64,000 nt of DNA from Chloroflexota bacterium (GCA_965262745.1 OZ253558.1:2015618-2079617), one strand, 5' to 3'. Positions 1 through 10,081 are shown, counted from the stretch's first letter. The notes: generated by a model from the sequence alone, not told the origin. Numbers and translations are program-made.

Positions 1-193
1 GGCCGGCTGGCCTCCGCCCGCTCCGCCAAATCTTCGCGCTTCGACGCCCGACCCCCGGGACGCATGCTCACAGCGGCCGAACCACAAGCACCTATTCCTC
101 AGGCCGAGAGACCTACCGACGCACGCACTCGGTTACCCGCCACGCCGCATGCGGTCACCTCAGGCAACCGCCCGTGGCAAAGCTCGTTCTGCA

Positions 194-2449
194 TCAGTCT
201 TCGACCATTCGATCCTCAAGCAGCCCGAGGTTCAGATCGAAATAGTAGTCCAATATATACCGGAAATGATTGACGGAGCTGATAGACGCATATAAACCGT
301 CGCTCGCACCGTCTGGCAAATGGAACGCCGCCACAATACGATGCCGCGCGACCCCCTTTACAATATGACCGTGGTCAGCAGCTATAACAATGACAGGGTC
401 ATTGTTATAGCTGTTCAAGATCCCATCAACCATACTCAACACCAACGAATTTATATAGATAAGTTGCCCAATGAATGCGTTAGGGACGCTGGGGTCATGA
501 CGATCATTAAATGCTAGTTTTGGTTGATCTGGAGTAATATAGTTCCCATGTTGATCGAATGCTGCTGGCAAATGGGGCTTGTTTATGTGTGCAAACACAA
601 ACTTTGCCTGATCCTCCTCAACAGCGCTGGTTAGAAACTCAAACATCTTAAGCGTTCTCTGCGGATAATGAAACCCATACGGAGTGTTTATATCAAACAG
701 CAAATAGTGTCCAGCTATTGGTTTGAGAACTGTCGTTTGAATGAGTTCCCGAACGAAACTCCCCATAAATATCATATCGTGCATCGCCGTATATGGACCT
801 GTGCCTTCTTCCGTGACTTTACTGGCTATAGTGCCTGCCGGTGTAAACGAAATCAAGGTGTCAGCAAGAGGAGATTGGTCAGTGGCAATGAATCCCGAAT
901 CAAGATGTACGTACTTATATCCTAGGCGCTTTAGAATTGCACCGACGGCATGATATTGGGAAATATTGACGAGGACATCTCTCGTTACTGACGTTCGTTG
1001 TCCAAGGCCGTCGAGATACGACATGTTTAGGCTCGATGATATCGACTTGAGTGACGAATCATAGTTGCTGAATGCCTCAGATGCTACGTAGAAACCGCGA
1101 CGCTCGAGCTCACGTAGAAAGCTCGTGTTGTCGTAGTCGCCAAGTGCATCGTGTCGCGAGTACGAATCGAGGATGATGTAGTAGATGTCCGGCTGGTCGC
1201 CGACTACTGTCGGGAGACCCGCTGGCAGCAATCGGTCCACGACATCGTCCACCGCCGCGGTTTGATCCGTTGGCGGGCGGGCAAACGACGCCGCCATTCC
1301 GCCGACAAGGCTTGCGACGGGAAAGGCAAGCAAGACGGCGGCTGTGAGATTGAGGAACTGCGTCGCGCGAGCGGTCGACGCACCGGCTCGTATGGCCATG
1401 ACGGCCGCCGCGGCGCCGAGTACCATCACACCTGCGATGAGCGCTCGTTCGTCCAAATGTCCGTTGAGCACGCGCTCGATGTGGCCATACGCAAAAAAGA
1501 CCACGGTGACGGCGGCCGTGGCCGCGGCCGGCCGGTGCCAATCCTTGAGACCAACTCGCAGGCTAACGACGCTGCCAGTTACCGCGACCAGCGCGATTCC
1601 AAGCGGCACGACGGCCTCGATGGGCGCGAAATGCAGCGAGTTGCTCGTGAGGAAATGCAGGATCGGGATCGCCACGACGGGCCAGGGGTACCAGGGGATC
1701 GCCAGGGCACGCCCAATCATCGTCGGTGAGGCGTGGGCGTCCGCCGCAGCGCCAGACTCGACGCGACGCTGGCCCCAAGTGGCTGGCCAACGAGCCACGC
1801 GACGCCCGGAGGCTCCCGCTCGTTGCAGCGCTGCCGTCGCGCGGGGATGCGCAAGGATTGCCAACACGCTGAATGCGACGGCCAAGCCGAGCCGAAGACG
1901 CTCGGACGGTGCGCCAGCAACCGCAGCACGAAGCCCGCTGCCGGTTTCCAGGTGCGCAAAGGCCAGCGGTCCGCTACCGGAATCCGGGACACCATTCAGC
2001 ATCAGATTGGAGATTCCGGGCTGAGGGCCAGCGAGTCGATAAATCACGTGGGACCGTTCGGATGGGTGCACTTGGAGCTGCAGCAGCAACCGCTGGCCCT
2101 TCGGCACGACATAGCTGGTGAAGATGAGCGTGCGGGGCACGGGGATATACCCCGCCCTGGCGTCGATGTACGTCTGTCGCAGCACCTCGCGGGTGGACGC
2201 GTCAACCAGCGAGGCCCACACAGTCACGTCATCACGCTCGGTCTCGGACGAAACCCAGATCCTGAAGCGGCCCAGCGTCCCGCTCACGGGCCCGAGGTCT
2301 TGCTGCACGCCCCACCCGGGCCAGGCGATGAGCACATCGCCCGCGGGCTCGCCGCTTGAGGCCGACGTAAAGGTGACCTGGGGAAGAAGACTCGCCCACA
2401 GGCCTAGCGCCGCCAGCACAAAGGCCAGCCAGAGCGACCTAGCGAGCAC
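194..2449 (-). CDS. LtaS/sulfatase-family (alkaline-phosphatase superfamily) polyglycerol-phosphate-transferase-like protein, with a ~180-aa N-terminal extracytoplasmic domain ahead of the TM block
   Basis: 751-aa ORF. Central hydrophobic helices are followed by the sulfatase-domain motifs DIYYIILDSYSRHDALGDYDNTSF and VIVIAADHGH. The N-terminal signal-like MLARSLWLAFVLAALGLWA and ~70% protein identity to the 7781..10081 paralog support this start. Confidence 0.8.
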   Translation of the reverse strand: MLARSLWLAFVLAALGLWASLLPQVTFTSASSGEPAGDVLIAWPGWGVQQDLGPVSGTLGRFRIWVSSETERDDVTVWASLVDASTREVLRQTYIDARAGYIPVPRTLIFTSYVVPKGQRLLLQLQVHPSERSHVIYRLAGPQPGISNLMLNGVPDSGSGPLAFAHLETGSGLRAAVAGAPSERLRLGLAVAFSVLAILAHPRATAALQRAGASGRRVARWPATWGQRRVESGAAADAHASPTMIGRALAIPWYPWPVVAIPILHFLTSNSLHFAPIEAVVPLGIALVAVTGSVVSLRVGLKDWHRPAAATAAVTVVFFAYGHIERVLNGHLDERALIAGVMVLGAAAAVMAIRAGASTARATQFLNLTAAVLLAFPVASLVGGMAASFARPPTDQTAAVDDVVDRLLPAGLPTVVGDQPDIYYIILDSYSRHDALGDYDNTSFLRELERRGFYVASEAFSNYDSSLKSISSSLNMSYLDGLGQRTSVTRDVLVNISQYHAVGAILKRLGYKYVHLDSGFIATDQSPLADTLISFTPAGTIASKVTEEGTGPYTAMHDMIFMGSFVRELIQTTVLKPIAGHYLLFDINTPYGFHYPQRTLKMFEFLTSAVEEDQAKFVFAHINKPHLPAAFDQHGNYITPDQPKLAFNDRHDPSVPNAFIGQLIYINSLVLSMVDGILNSYNNDPVIVIAADHGHIVKGVARHRIVAAFHLPDGASDGLYASISSVNHFRYILDYYFDLNLGLLEDRMVED

Positions 2450-2800
2450 AGATCACCAGAAACCGCCGTGAAGCATGGAAAGCTCGATCTGCCGGGGCGG
2501 GGCGGACACGACAGGAGCAAGGCAGACCACCGGAGGTGCTGGTCTGGCACCCCTGGCGAGCGTCGTCCACAGTGGATTGGCAATGCAGGCCATTTGAGTC
2601 CACGACTATAGGGGCGAGCCATGCCCGCGAACGCCCAGCAGCCTCATACGCCGACCTCGAATAGCTCGGTTGACGGCCTGGCCATTGTGGTTCTTGGCCT
2701 TCAGCCCGCGCGGTTGATCTCCGCCCAAGTAGCCGGCCGCAGCTACATCGATCCCGGCAGCGGGAGCTTTGCGATCTTTCTAGATCATCATCGCGGCCAA
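194..2800. repeat. Diverged segmental duplication, copy A (LtaS-like gene plus ~350 bp upstream with small divergent ORF); partner at 7781..10430
   Basis: By-eye nucleotide and protein alignment to the second copy: e.g. ccagccagagcgacctagcgagca is conserved at both gene starts, and cggcagcgggagctttgcgatc is conserved at 2750-2776 and 10385-10411. Homology ends at ~2800 and ~10430. Confidence 0.6.
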
Positions 2801-2866
2801 TTCGGGCGTGAGCGACCCACAGCGTGCAGGTTAGCCCTGAGGCGCCAAGGCGGTCGAGCGCCGTGA
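2621..2866 (+). pseudogene. Decayed copy of the small membrane-protein gene (homolog of 10289..10558); TM helix and downstream coupling lost
   Basis: N-terminal 55 aa (GLAIVVLGLQPARLISAQVAGRSYIDPGSGSFAI) align with the intact copy (GLAILLLGLQAARLISAQLGGRSYIDPGSGSFAI). A 6-nt indel (tttcta at 2777-2782) is followed by unrelated sequence FLDHHRGQFG where the intact copy has the TM segment QIIIAAVLGG. Confidence 0.35.
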
Positions 2867-2961
2867 TGGCCGAAGGAGGTGCCCGACAGTTGCGCGCGTG
2901 GACTAATGCCGCAACCTTAGGTGTATTGCCAGATCTCGGAAACTGGGCCGGCCAGGCAATG

Positions 2962-3038
2962 GCCCGTGTAGCACAATGGGCAGAGGAGCGGTCTTGTAAA
3001 CCGTTAGGTGCTGGGTTCGGGTCCCACGCAGGGCTCCC
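2962..3038 (+). tRNA. Degenerate tRNA-Thr(UGU)-like relic (probable pseudo-tRNA)
   Basis: GCCCGTGTAGCACAATGGGCAGAGGAGCGGTCTTGTAAACCGTTAGGTGCTGGGTTCGGGTCCCACGCAGGGCT aligns along the canonical bacterial tRNA-Thr skeleton. The anticodon stem GCGGT/ACCGT is intact with loop CUUGUAA (anticodon TGT at 2995-2997), and there is a T-arm TGGG-TTCGGGT-CCCA. Only 4 of 7 acceptor pairs and 2 of 4 D-stem pairs form. Confidence 0.35.
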
Positions 3039-3065
3039 GTGCCCTAAAGTTGCGGGCGTATCTGA

Positions 3066-5861
3066 ATGCACATTGATCCGTCCGTAGTTCCAGGGCTGTT
3101 GCTGCTGGCGACGGAACTCCTCGTGCTGGCGGTGGTCGGTTTTGTCGTTGTGCGTGTGGCGCTTGGGCAAACCGACGACCGCCTGGCCCTGGCGCAGGGC
3201 CTGGTGGTCGGAATTGCTCTCTGGGGCCTGATCGTCAACGTTGTCGTTTACGCCATCCCAGGGCCGACCGGGGCCGTTCTAGGTTGGATCCTCACGCTTA
3301 CCATCGGCGCTGGTCTAGTATGGTATGCGCCCCATCCCATCCGGCCGCGGCTGCGCGTTGCAGTGGGGCTTTCGCTCGCGGCTCTGGCGCTGTTTTGGAT
3401 CGTGCTGGCGAGCCGCCAGCTCCTCCCAAACCCGGACGCGGCGACTCATCACGGGCTAATTGCCACCATCCGCGCTGGCGGGCCCCACCCGCCGGAGTTG
3501 CCCTGGAATCCCGGACTGGCCGCGCCCTACCACTATGGGGTTGATTTGTTGATTGCCCTGCTCACTCCACCGGTCGGCCCCGATCCGGCCTTCGTGACCG
3601 AGCTATTGGGCACATACATCTGGGTGGGCTACGCGCTTGTCGTGGGGACGCTGATTCTCCGGCAAGGATCGTGGCCGGTGGCGCTGATTCTTACGCCGCT
3701 CCTGCTTGCGCCCGGTGCGCAAACGCTGCTCTTCACGTCACCGGGTGTCCTCCAGATCCCGGTCCAGGCGGACCTTCCCGCACCCGGTCTGCGCGCCTCA
3801 CTTGCATCTATCTACGTGGAGGGCTTCGTGGAAAGCAAGGCGTCGCCCCCAGATGTTTGGAAGCCGGTCTTCGTGTTGGGCTACGCGCTGGCCTTGGTGG
3901 TGTTGGAGCGAGTTTCAAACCGCAGGGAACAGCGCTGGCTGCACTGGGGCACGCTGGCACTACTGGTCGGTTTTCTGGGTCTGATAAACGAGGCAGTTGC
4001 TCTCGTCGTGCTCACGCTGTGGGGACTTCTCGAGGCAATCTACTTCGTGCGAGCTTGGGGCGAGCGGCCGCTTGGCTGGAAACGGATGCTCGGGTCCGCC
4101 GCGGGGCCGGCCGTTGCCGCGTCCCTTCTGGCCGCCGGCGGTGGCGTCATCACGAGTATCCTAATTGCGGGGTCAGCAGGAACCCTCTCCCTTGGCTGGG
4201 TCCACGATGCGGGCGCACGGCAAGCGCTCGTGTCCTTCACCGGGCTGTCCGGCGGCCTCGGCCTGCTGGGTCTGGGACCTCTCGTCCTGGCCGGCGGCGC
4301 CATGCTGCTGGCATGGCGCAATAGCCTCAGCCTGGCATTCGCCGCTGGCAGCGGCGCGTTCCTGCTCGCCGCGCACACGCTGCAGTATCCATACGGTCAG
4401 CATGATATTACGAGACTAGATGGACACGCGCGCAACTTTGCGCTGCTGGCGTTGCTGCTCGCGCTGAGCTTGCGGCTCCCGGCCCTGCGGCCCCGCTGGC
4501 GCTACGCCGTCGCCGCCATGATCCTGGCCCTAGTGGTCTGGCCGGCCATCGTTTCGCCTGTGCGAACTCTTGGCCTGGCGGTCGGCCGCGGGATTCACCT
4601 CGCCAACGCCGAGCCAGATCAACCAGGGCGTCGGCAAGTGTTCAAGCAGTTAACGTCCGCGCGTGTCGCCGCTTATATCCGCGACTCCACGCCAGCCGAC
4701 GCACGAGTCCTCTCGCCCAATCCGATGGCCATGTCAGTCGCCACCGGCCGTCCCAACGCGGCGGGCTTCACACAAGCGCCACACTACATCTATTCCCACG
4801 GGCCCGAGTACCTCGACGCCATCCGCTATCTTGACCCTGCCGCCGTGCGGCGACTGGGCATAGCCTACGTGCACGCCACCGACGCTTGGATTGCCGGTCT
4901 GCCTGATCGAGCCCAGCGCTGGCTCAATGATCCACGGCTGTTCCAACGTCTGGTCCAGGACGGGCCCGACGCGCTCTTCCGAGTGCGGCCGGCGTACCTT
5001 GCGCTTGAGGCTGCGCCGGAGCCCGAGTCCTACGAGGCCCTGAGGAGGGCCGTACCGCCGTCCGCCAGGGTGTACATGGAGCCCACGGCCGAGGCGCTGC
5101 AATCTCTCCGCGTTGCGTCTGCGCTTGCGCACGCGCAGCTCGTTCGCAAGCTACGCCCCGGCCACTTGCATTTGCTGACCGACTTCGGGATCGAGCCGCT
5201 CGGCGCTGACCTTCCGACGCTCATTGTTGCGCCTCACTGGTTCACACCATCCATGTTCCCGCTTGCGGCGCGGCAGCCAGTTTGGTGGAACGATTTGATA
5301 GCCATCTATGCGCCGGACGGTACGGTTGATCCGATCATGCCCCGCACGCCTGCGGCATCGCCGCCACTCAGCGTGCGGGTGTCCGACGGGCATGTGGTAG
5401 ACGAGAGCGTTATCTTCACCATAACGCTCACTGACCACGCGCCGGGGAGCTGGACCGGCCAGGATTGGCTAGTCGTGCCGACGGACGCGATGCCGTGGGG
5501 TATTCCGCGCCATCCCAGTTTCGGCGGACCTTCCGCCGATCGGTGGTTCGGCGGCCAAATCGCCTCCGGGCAGAACACCACACGCCTGACGTACGAATTC
5601 GGCTTGCGCGAGGCCAGCTTGGCTGTCCGGGCTGATGACGGGAAGTTCACGGCCGTTGGCGGCTCCGGCAATACTCCGCTTGGTCCCGGGCGGTGGACGC
5701 TCGTGCTGCGCCTGACCCGCGCAGTGGATCGACGCACCTACATAGCGTATGAGGACGCCGCGTTCATTCCAGTCATGCATACCGAGTTATCGGAGGCTGG
5801 CGAGCTGTCGCAAACGGTCTATGAGGGCGATCTCAATGCGAAACTGAGGTCTCATCCGTAG
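3066..5861 (+). CDS. Large polytopic membrane protein (~14 TM) with ~350-aa C-terminal extracytoplasmic domain; putative GT-C-like glycosyltransferase or polymerase
   Basis: 931-aa ORF with many hydrophobic helices rich in Leu/Ala/Gly (e.g. LLLLATELLVLAVVGFVVV, ALLALLLALSL). The C-terminal 350 aa is hydrophilic. Amino-acid composition is protein-like rather than R/P/S-rich. No catalytic motif recognised. Confidence 0.55.
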   Translation: MHIDPSVVPGLLLLATELLVLAVVGFVVVRVALGQTDDRLALAQGLVVGIALWGLIVNVVVYAIPGPTGAVLGWILTLTIGAGLVWYAPHPIRPRLRVAVGLSLAALALFWIVLASRQLLPNPDAATHHGLIATIRAGGPHPPELPWNPGLAAPYHYGVDLLIALLTPPVGPDPAFVTELLGTYIWVGYALVVGTLILRQGSWPVALILTPLLLAPGAQTLLFTSPGVLQIPVQADLPAPGLRASLASIYVEGFVESKASPPDVWKPVFVLGYALALVVLERVSNRREQRWLHWGTLALLVGFLGLINEAVALVVLTLWGLLEAIYFVRAWGERPLGWKRMLGSAAGPAVAASLLAAGGGVITSILIAGSAGTLSLGWVHDAGARQALVSFTGLSGGLGLLGLGPLVLAGGAMLLAWRNSLSLAFAAGSGAFLLAAHTLQYPYGQHDITRLDGHARNFALLALLLALSLRLPALRPRWRYAVAAMILALVVWPAIVSPVRTLGLAVGRGIHLANAEPDQPGRRQVFKQLTSARVAAYIRDSTPADARVLSPNPMAMSVATGRPNAAGFTQAPHYIYSHGPEYLDAIRYLDPAAVRRLGIAYVHATDAWIAGLPDRAQRWLNDPRLFQRLVQDGPDALFRVRPAYLALEAAPEPESYEALRRAVPPSARVYMEPTAEALQSLRVASALAHAQLVRKLRPGHLHLLTDFGIEPLGADLPTLIVAPHWFTPSMFPLAARQPVWWNDLIAIYAPDGTVDPIMPRTPAASPPLSVRVSDGHVVDESVIFTITLTDHAPGSWTGQDWLVVPTDAMPWGIPRHPSFGGPSADRWFGGQIASGQNTTRLTYEFGLREASLAVRADDGKFTAVGGSGNTPLGPGRWTLVLRLTRAVDRRTYIAYEDAAFIPVMHTELSEAGELSQTVYEGDLNAKLRSHP

Positions 5862-7248
5862 CCTCCGCACCGGAAAAGCTGGCCGAGCGAATGTCGGACG
5901 CCCGCCGGTTAACTGGCGACGGACGCGACAGTGCGGTTGCCAACAGCAAGGCCGGGCAAAGGACAATTACCGTCAGGGTGATAGCAAGGTCTGTCGCCAG
6001 CACCGGCCAACGCCAGTCGGAGGTGAGAGTTCGCCAGACTGCACGAAGCTTGCTGAGCGTCGGCTCTGGTCTACCGTAGGCCACCAACTCAAGGTTTTGA
6101 TCGGGCCAGGTCAGCTTGCCGTTTACCCAGAGACGGCCCTCCGCGTAGCGGTTCGTCTTCGTCGCGCCAATACGGATATGGGCATCAGGTGCGACATCAG
6201 CGACAAACTGTATCGCGAGGCTCTGACCCGGCGGAACGACGACCGGCTGCTTGAAGTCGAGGGAGACCCAAATCAAGTGATCCCTCCTGGTAGGAACCGT
6301 AAAGCGCCCTTCGCGCAGAATCTCGCGTGACTCGCCGGCCAGAAGGTGCCAGCTGACTACTCCCGAACGACCATTGGGATCATGCATGCCGAGCCGGACA
6401 TCGATCTTCTCGATTGGCACCGTGAGCAGACCCAACTCCTGCATCGCGGATCTCTCGTCTTGGAGATGAACATGAAAAGCACCGACGGAAGAGTGTGCGC
6501 GGGTATCCACGAAAGGGGGTCGGAAGACAGCCATGACCACGAGCCCACCGAGTACGGTCACGGTGGCGATCGATCCAGCGAGCGTCGTGCGCCAGTGGCC
6601 ACCGAACGCGCGAGCTACTCGTGATGAGGCAGGCTCGCCCCGTAGCGCGATGACTGCGCTGAGGACGAGCAGCAGCGTACCGCTGAACTCTAGGGTCTCT
6701 TCCAGCACGACGTCGCGCCCGGGCGCTAGCCTAGCGAACAGGATCGGGGCCGCCACCTCATGCAGCACGGCCAACACCCAGGCCGTGAAGCCAAGCGCAA
6801 ACGGCATGCGCACCGCCTGCCTGCGCAGTCCCTTGCGGACAAAGACCGCCGCCGCAAGCGCGGCTGCCAGGGTCGCCATTCCCGTACTTGCAACCAAGAG
6901 AATGGCTTCGTCAACCGGCACTGCGTCTCTGAACATCAGCCGACTCAAGGCGGCTTGGGCACCGCTGTGTTGGTCCCCGAATTCGCTCCATGCCAGCATT
7001 GCCGCCGTCACGGCCAGGGCGGTCCAGCCACCGATCGTCAGCCATCCAGCAGCCTGCCTTCGACTGTTGAAGGCATTGGTCAGCGCCAAGAGTGCGAGGA
7101 CTGCCAGGGCCGCCCCGGAAACTGCGTTCGCCAAACTGCCTTCAGAATCGGAACTCATATGGCTTGCGATGCCGCTCGGGACGCGCACCTCAGGGAAGAT
7201 CAGCCTCAAAAGTTCTGGGATTACGTAGCCGCCCCACCAGAAGGCCAC
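5833..7248 (-). CDS. Membrane protein with C-terminal copy of the recurrent ~110-aa domain shared with the LtaS-like N-termini
   Basis: 471-aa ORF with N-terminal TM helices. The C-terminal segment VVSWHLLAGESREILREGRF...GQSLAIQFVADV...AHIRI...WVNGKL aligns with VTVWASLVDASTREVLRQTYI...GQRLLLQLQVHPS...HVIYRL...MLNGVP of the LtaS-like proteins. Confidence 0.5.
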   Translation of the reverse strand: MAFWWGGYVIPELLRLIFPEVRVPSGIASHMSSDSEGSLANAVSGAALAVLALLALTNAFNSRRQAAGWLTIGGWTALAVTAAMLAWSEFGDQHSGAQAALSRLMFRDAVPVDEAILLVASTGMATLAAALAAAVFVRKGLRRQAVRMPFALGFTAWVLAVLHEVAAPILFARLAPGRDVVLEETLEFSGTLLLVLSAVIALRGEPASSRVARAFGGHWRTTLAGSIATVTVLGGLVVMAVFRPPFVDTRAHSSVGAFHVHLQDERSAMQELGLLTVPIEKIDVRLGMHDPNGRSGVVSWHLLAGESREILREGRFTVPTRRDHLIWVSLDFKQPVVVPPGQSLAIQFVADVAPDAHIRIGATKTNRYAEGRLWVNGKLTWPDQNLELVAYGRPEPTLSKLRAVWRTLTSDWRWPVLATDLAITLTVIVLCPALLLATALSRPSPVNRRASDIRSASFSGAEATDETSVSH

Positions 7249-7374
7249 CGCAACCAGAAGTAGCAGGCGGCCGGCACATGCCGCCTGGCTACAGAAATCT
7301 TTCAGCAGTCCCGACCGCTTTCAACTGTGTTCTGAGAGCTGGCTCGATGCTACCAACGATGGGGCAGGGGCCAG

Positions 7375-7460
7375 GTCGAGGTGGTGAAACTGGCAGACAC
7401 GCAGTCCTCAGGAGGCTGTGAGCAACCGCTCGTGCGGGTTCGAATCCCGCCCTCGGCACC
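7375..7460 (+). tRNA. tRNA-Leu(CAG), class II with long variable arm
   Basis: GTCGAGG-TG-GTGAAACTGGCAGACAC-G-CAGTC-CTCAGGA-GGCTG, variable hairpin GAGCAACCGCTC, T-arm GCGGG-TTCGAAT-CCCGC, acceptor 3' CCTCGGC, discriminator A, then CC. Fits the cloverleaf and closely matches the E. coli tRNA-Leu architecture. Anticodon CAG. Confidence 0.9.
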
Positions 7461-7780
7461 GCGATCTGGAAGCCGCCCACGCGATGGCACGGCCCAGCAA
7501 CGCGTCCGCCGGCGTGTGCCGGATTTCCCCTTAGTCCAGTTCACCTCAGTGGTCGATCCTACCAATAGCATTCTTGCCGCACCGGCCAGCTAGTCTCCAC
7601 CGGCTGCGTCAAATCTTGGCCCTCTCGCCCACCGCCCCAGACGCATCATCACAGTGAGCGAACTACTGGCGTCTGCGACGAGCACGCGTTCATCGACCCT
7701 TCCGTCCACCGCGCGCTCGACGGGCTGTCAAGGGCGGGGCCCGCAGGACCAACGACACAACGACCGATGCGTATCCACGG

Positions 7781-10081
7781 CTATTCACGGCTTTCTGAGG
7801 TCACCTCGTGAAAATCGAGATTGAATCCGTGGTGTACGAACCTCCGGTCTTTGAGCAAACCCAGGTTAAGGCCGAAATAGAAATCAATGATGGATCGAAA
7901 CTGATTGACGGAGCTGATCGACGGATAAAGAACGCGATCCCCACCATGCGGCAAGTGAAAGGCCGCTAAGATCGCATGCGGCGTCCCCCAGCCATCGAGG
8001 CGACGGCCGTGATCGGCGGTGATCACGATGACGGGGTCGTCGTCATGGATCTGTAGGATCGCATCAACCATTTCTAGAACTCGCGAATTGATATAGATGA
8101 GCTGGCCAATATATGGGCTGGGCACGCTCGGATCGTGATCTTCGCCGAATGCGTCATGGACATTGATACCAGGGACAGCGTTGCCGTGTCGATCGAAGGT
8201 GGCAGGAGGGTGCGGCTTGACGATGTGTGCAAACACAAATTTTGGCCCAGCAACATCGATAGGCTTGGTTAGAAAGTCGAACATCTGAAGGGTCCGCTTT
8301 GGATGCCACCACGCATAGATCGCATCGCTGCCGGGTGCTAAATTATGTCCAAGGAAAGGTCGCAATGCGGTTGTTTGTATAAGCTCGCGTACGAATCTTC
8401 CGGCGAGGATCGATTCGAGCGATCTGGCTGATCTATATCCAGACTTCTCGTCACCTATTAGTACCCCCGATTGGGAAAAATTAACCACGACATCGGCTAG
8501 CGGTGATGCGTCGGTGATCGTGTGTCCAGACGTGAGGTGGACATAGGTGTAGCCGAGTTTCTTCAGGATGGATGCGACGGCATGCTGCTGACCGAGCGGT
8601 ATTACATCCTCGTACCTCGATGGCGTTCTCGGCCCCACGCTGTCGAGATACGACATGTTGAGAAGTGACGCGATTGAATGCTGCGACCACATATAGTTGC
8701 TGGTGGCCTCAGTTGCAATATAGAAACCTCGACGTTCGAGCTCGCGAAGGAAGCTCGTGTTATCGAAATCTACAAGAGCATCGTGCCGAGCATATTCATC
8801 GAGGATGATGTAGTAAATGTCAGGTCGATGATCGCTTGTCGACGGCGGGATCGACGGAAACAGGTGCGTTGTGAGGTCGTCCAGCGCCGCGATCGAGGCT
8901 GACGACGTTCGCCCAGACGAGGCCGCCGCGGCGCTTGCGAGACTAGCTACAGGAAAGGCCAGAAGCACTGCTGCCACGAGGTTGAAGAACGGCGTTTGTC
9001 GCGCAGGCGTGGCATTGGCGCGCACGGCCGCAGCGATAACCACGGCCAGGAAAACGATCGCGGCGGGAAACAGCACACGTTCATCGATCCGCCGGTCGAG
9101 CGCGTTCTCAACGTGGCCATAGGCAAAGACGACCACGGTGATGGCGGTCGTGGCGGCGGCGGATCGGTGCCAGTTCTTGAGGACCAACCAAAAGCCGACG
9201 AAGCTGCCGGTCACGCCGACAAGCGTGACTGCGAGCGGAAATATTGCCTCGCCGGCGGCAAACAGCAGGCGATTACTCGTCAAAAAATGGAGTATGGGAG
9301 CAGCGGCGATCGGCCACGGATACCAGGGGGTCGCGAGCACCCGGCCGAACAGCGTTGGGGATTCGCCGACCTCCCCCTCGGCGTGAGGCCGGACGAGACG
9401 CCGCCTCGACGTCGCTGGCAGCCGAGCGAGGCGCCATCCGGCGGTTCCCATTCGACGCAGCCCTGGCATGACGCGAGGATGCGCCAGGATCGACAGCACG
9501 CTGAACATAACGGCTAGGGCGAACCGGAGACTCCCGGATGGATCACCGAGCCATGCGGCGCGCAGCCCGCTGCCGGTTTCCAGGTGCGCGAATGCCAGCG
9601 GCCCCGCGCCGGAATCCGGGACGCCGTTCAGCATCACGTTGGCGAACCCCGGCTCAGGGGCGGCGAGTCGATAGATGACCGTGTACCGTTCGGGCAGTTG
9701 CACAAGAAGCTGCAACAGCAACCGCTGACCCGCTGGCACGACATAACTGGGAAACGTGAGGGTGCGCGCCACGGGGATATAGCTCGGCGTGGCCTCGATG
9801 AAGGTCTGGCGCAGCACCTCGCGAGTGGAGGCGTCCACCAACGAGGCCTGCACTGTCACGTCGTGTCCAGCAGGCGCGGATGAAAGCCAGATCTGAAAGC
9901 GCCCGACCGTTCCGTTCAGGTGTCCGAGATCTTGCTGCACCCCCCACCCGGGCCAGGCGACCAGCACATCACCCCCGGGCTCGCCGCTTGAGGCCGACGT
10001 ATACGTGACCTGGGGAACGAGACTCGCCCACAGGCCCAGCGCCACTAGTGCGAGAGCCAGCCAGAGCGACCTAGCGAGCAT
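7781..10081 (-). CDS. LtaS/sulfatase-family protein, paralog of 194..2449, same N-terminal domain + TM + sulfatase architecture
   Basis: 766-aa ORF with DIYYIILDEYARHDALVDFDNTSF and VIVITADHG motifs. N-terminus MLARSLWLALALVALGLWA is conserved with the paralog. Confidence 0.8.
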   Translation of the reverse strand: MLARSLWLALALVALGLWASLVPQVTYTSASSGEPGGDVLVAWPGWGVQQDLGHLNGTVGRFQIWLSSAPAGHDVTVQASLVDASTREVLRQTFIEATPSYIPVARTLTFPSYVVPAGQRLLLQLLVQLPERYTVIYRLAAPEPGFANVMLNGVPDSGAGPLAFAHLETGSGLRAAWLGDPSGSLRFALAVMFSVLSILAHPRVMPGLRRMGTAGWRLARLPATSRRRLVRPHAEGEVGESPTLFGRVLATPWYPWPIAAAPILHFLTSNRLLFAAGEAIFPLAVTLVGVTGSFVGFWLVLKNWHRSAAATTAITVVVFAYGHVENALDRRIDERVLFPAAIVFLAVVIAAAVRANATPARQTPFFNLVAAVLLAFPVASLASAAAASSGRTSSASIAALDDLTTHLFPSIPPSTSDHRPDIYYIILDEYARHDALVDFDNTSFLRELERRGFYIATEATSNYMWSQHSIASLLNMSYLDSVGPRTPSRYEDVIPLGQQHAVASILKKLGYTYVHLTSGHTITDASPLADVVVNFSQSGVLIGDEKSGYRSARSLESILAGRFVRELIQTTALRPFLGHNLAPGSDAIYAWWHPKRTLQMFDFLTKPIDVAGPKFVFAHIVKPHPPATFDRHGNAVPGINVHDAFGEDHDPSVPSPYIGQLIYINSRVLEMVDAILQIHDDDPVIVITADHGRRLDGWGTPHAILAAFHLPHGGDRVLYPSISSVNQFRSIIDFYFGLNLGLLKDRRFVHHGFNLDFHEVTSESRE

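Noticed and set aside
1110-2359. Several 140-230-aa ORFs on both strands inside LtaS-like paralog A (and equivalents 8996..9883 inside paralog B)
   Set aside because: Shadow ORFs of a high-GC gene. Their composition is not protein-like, and the LtaS frame is supported by paralogy and sulfatase motifs.
7461-7780. Searched flanks of tRNA-Leu for integrase, att-like direct repeats or IS ends
   Set aside because: No tyrosine-recombinase, transposase ORF or duplicated tRNA 3' segment was found by eye. Only a trivial CACGGCT tandem at the LtaS stop.
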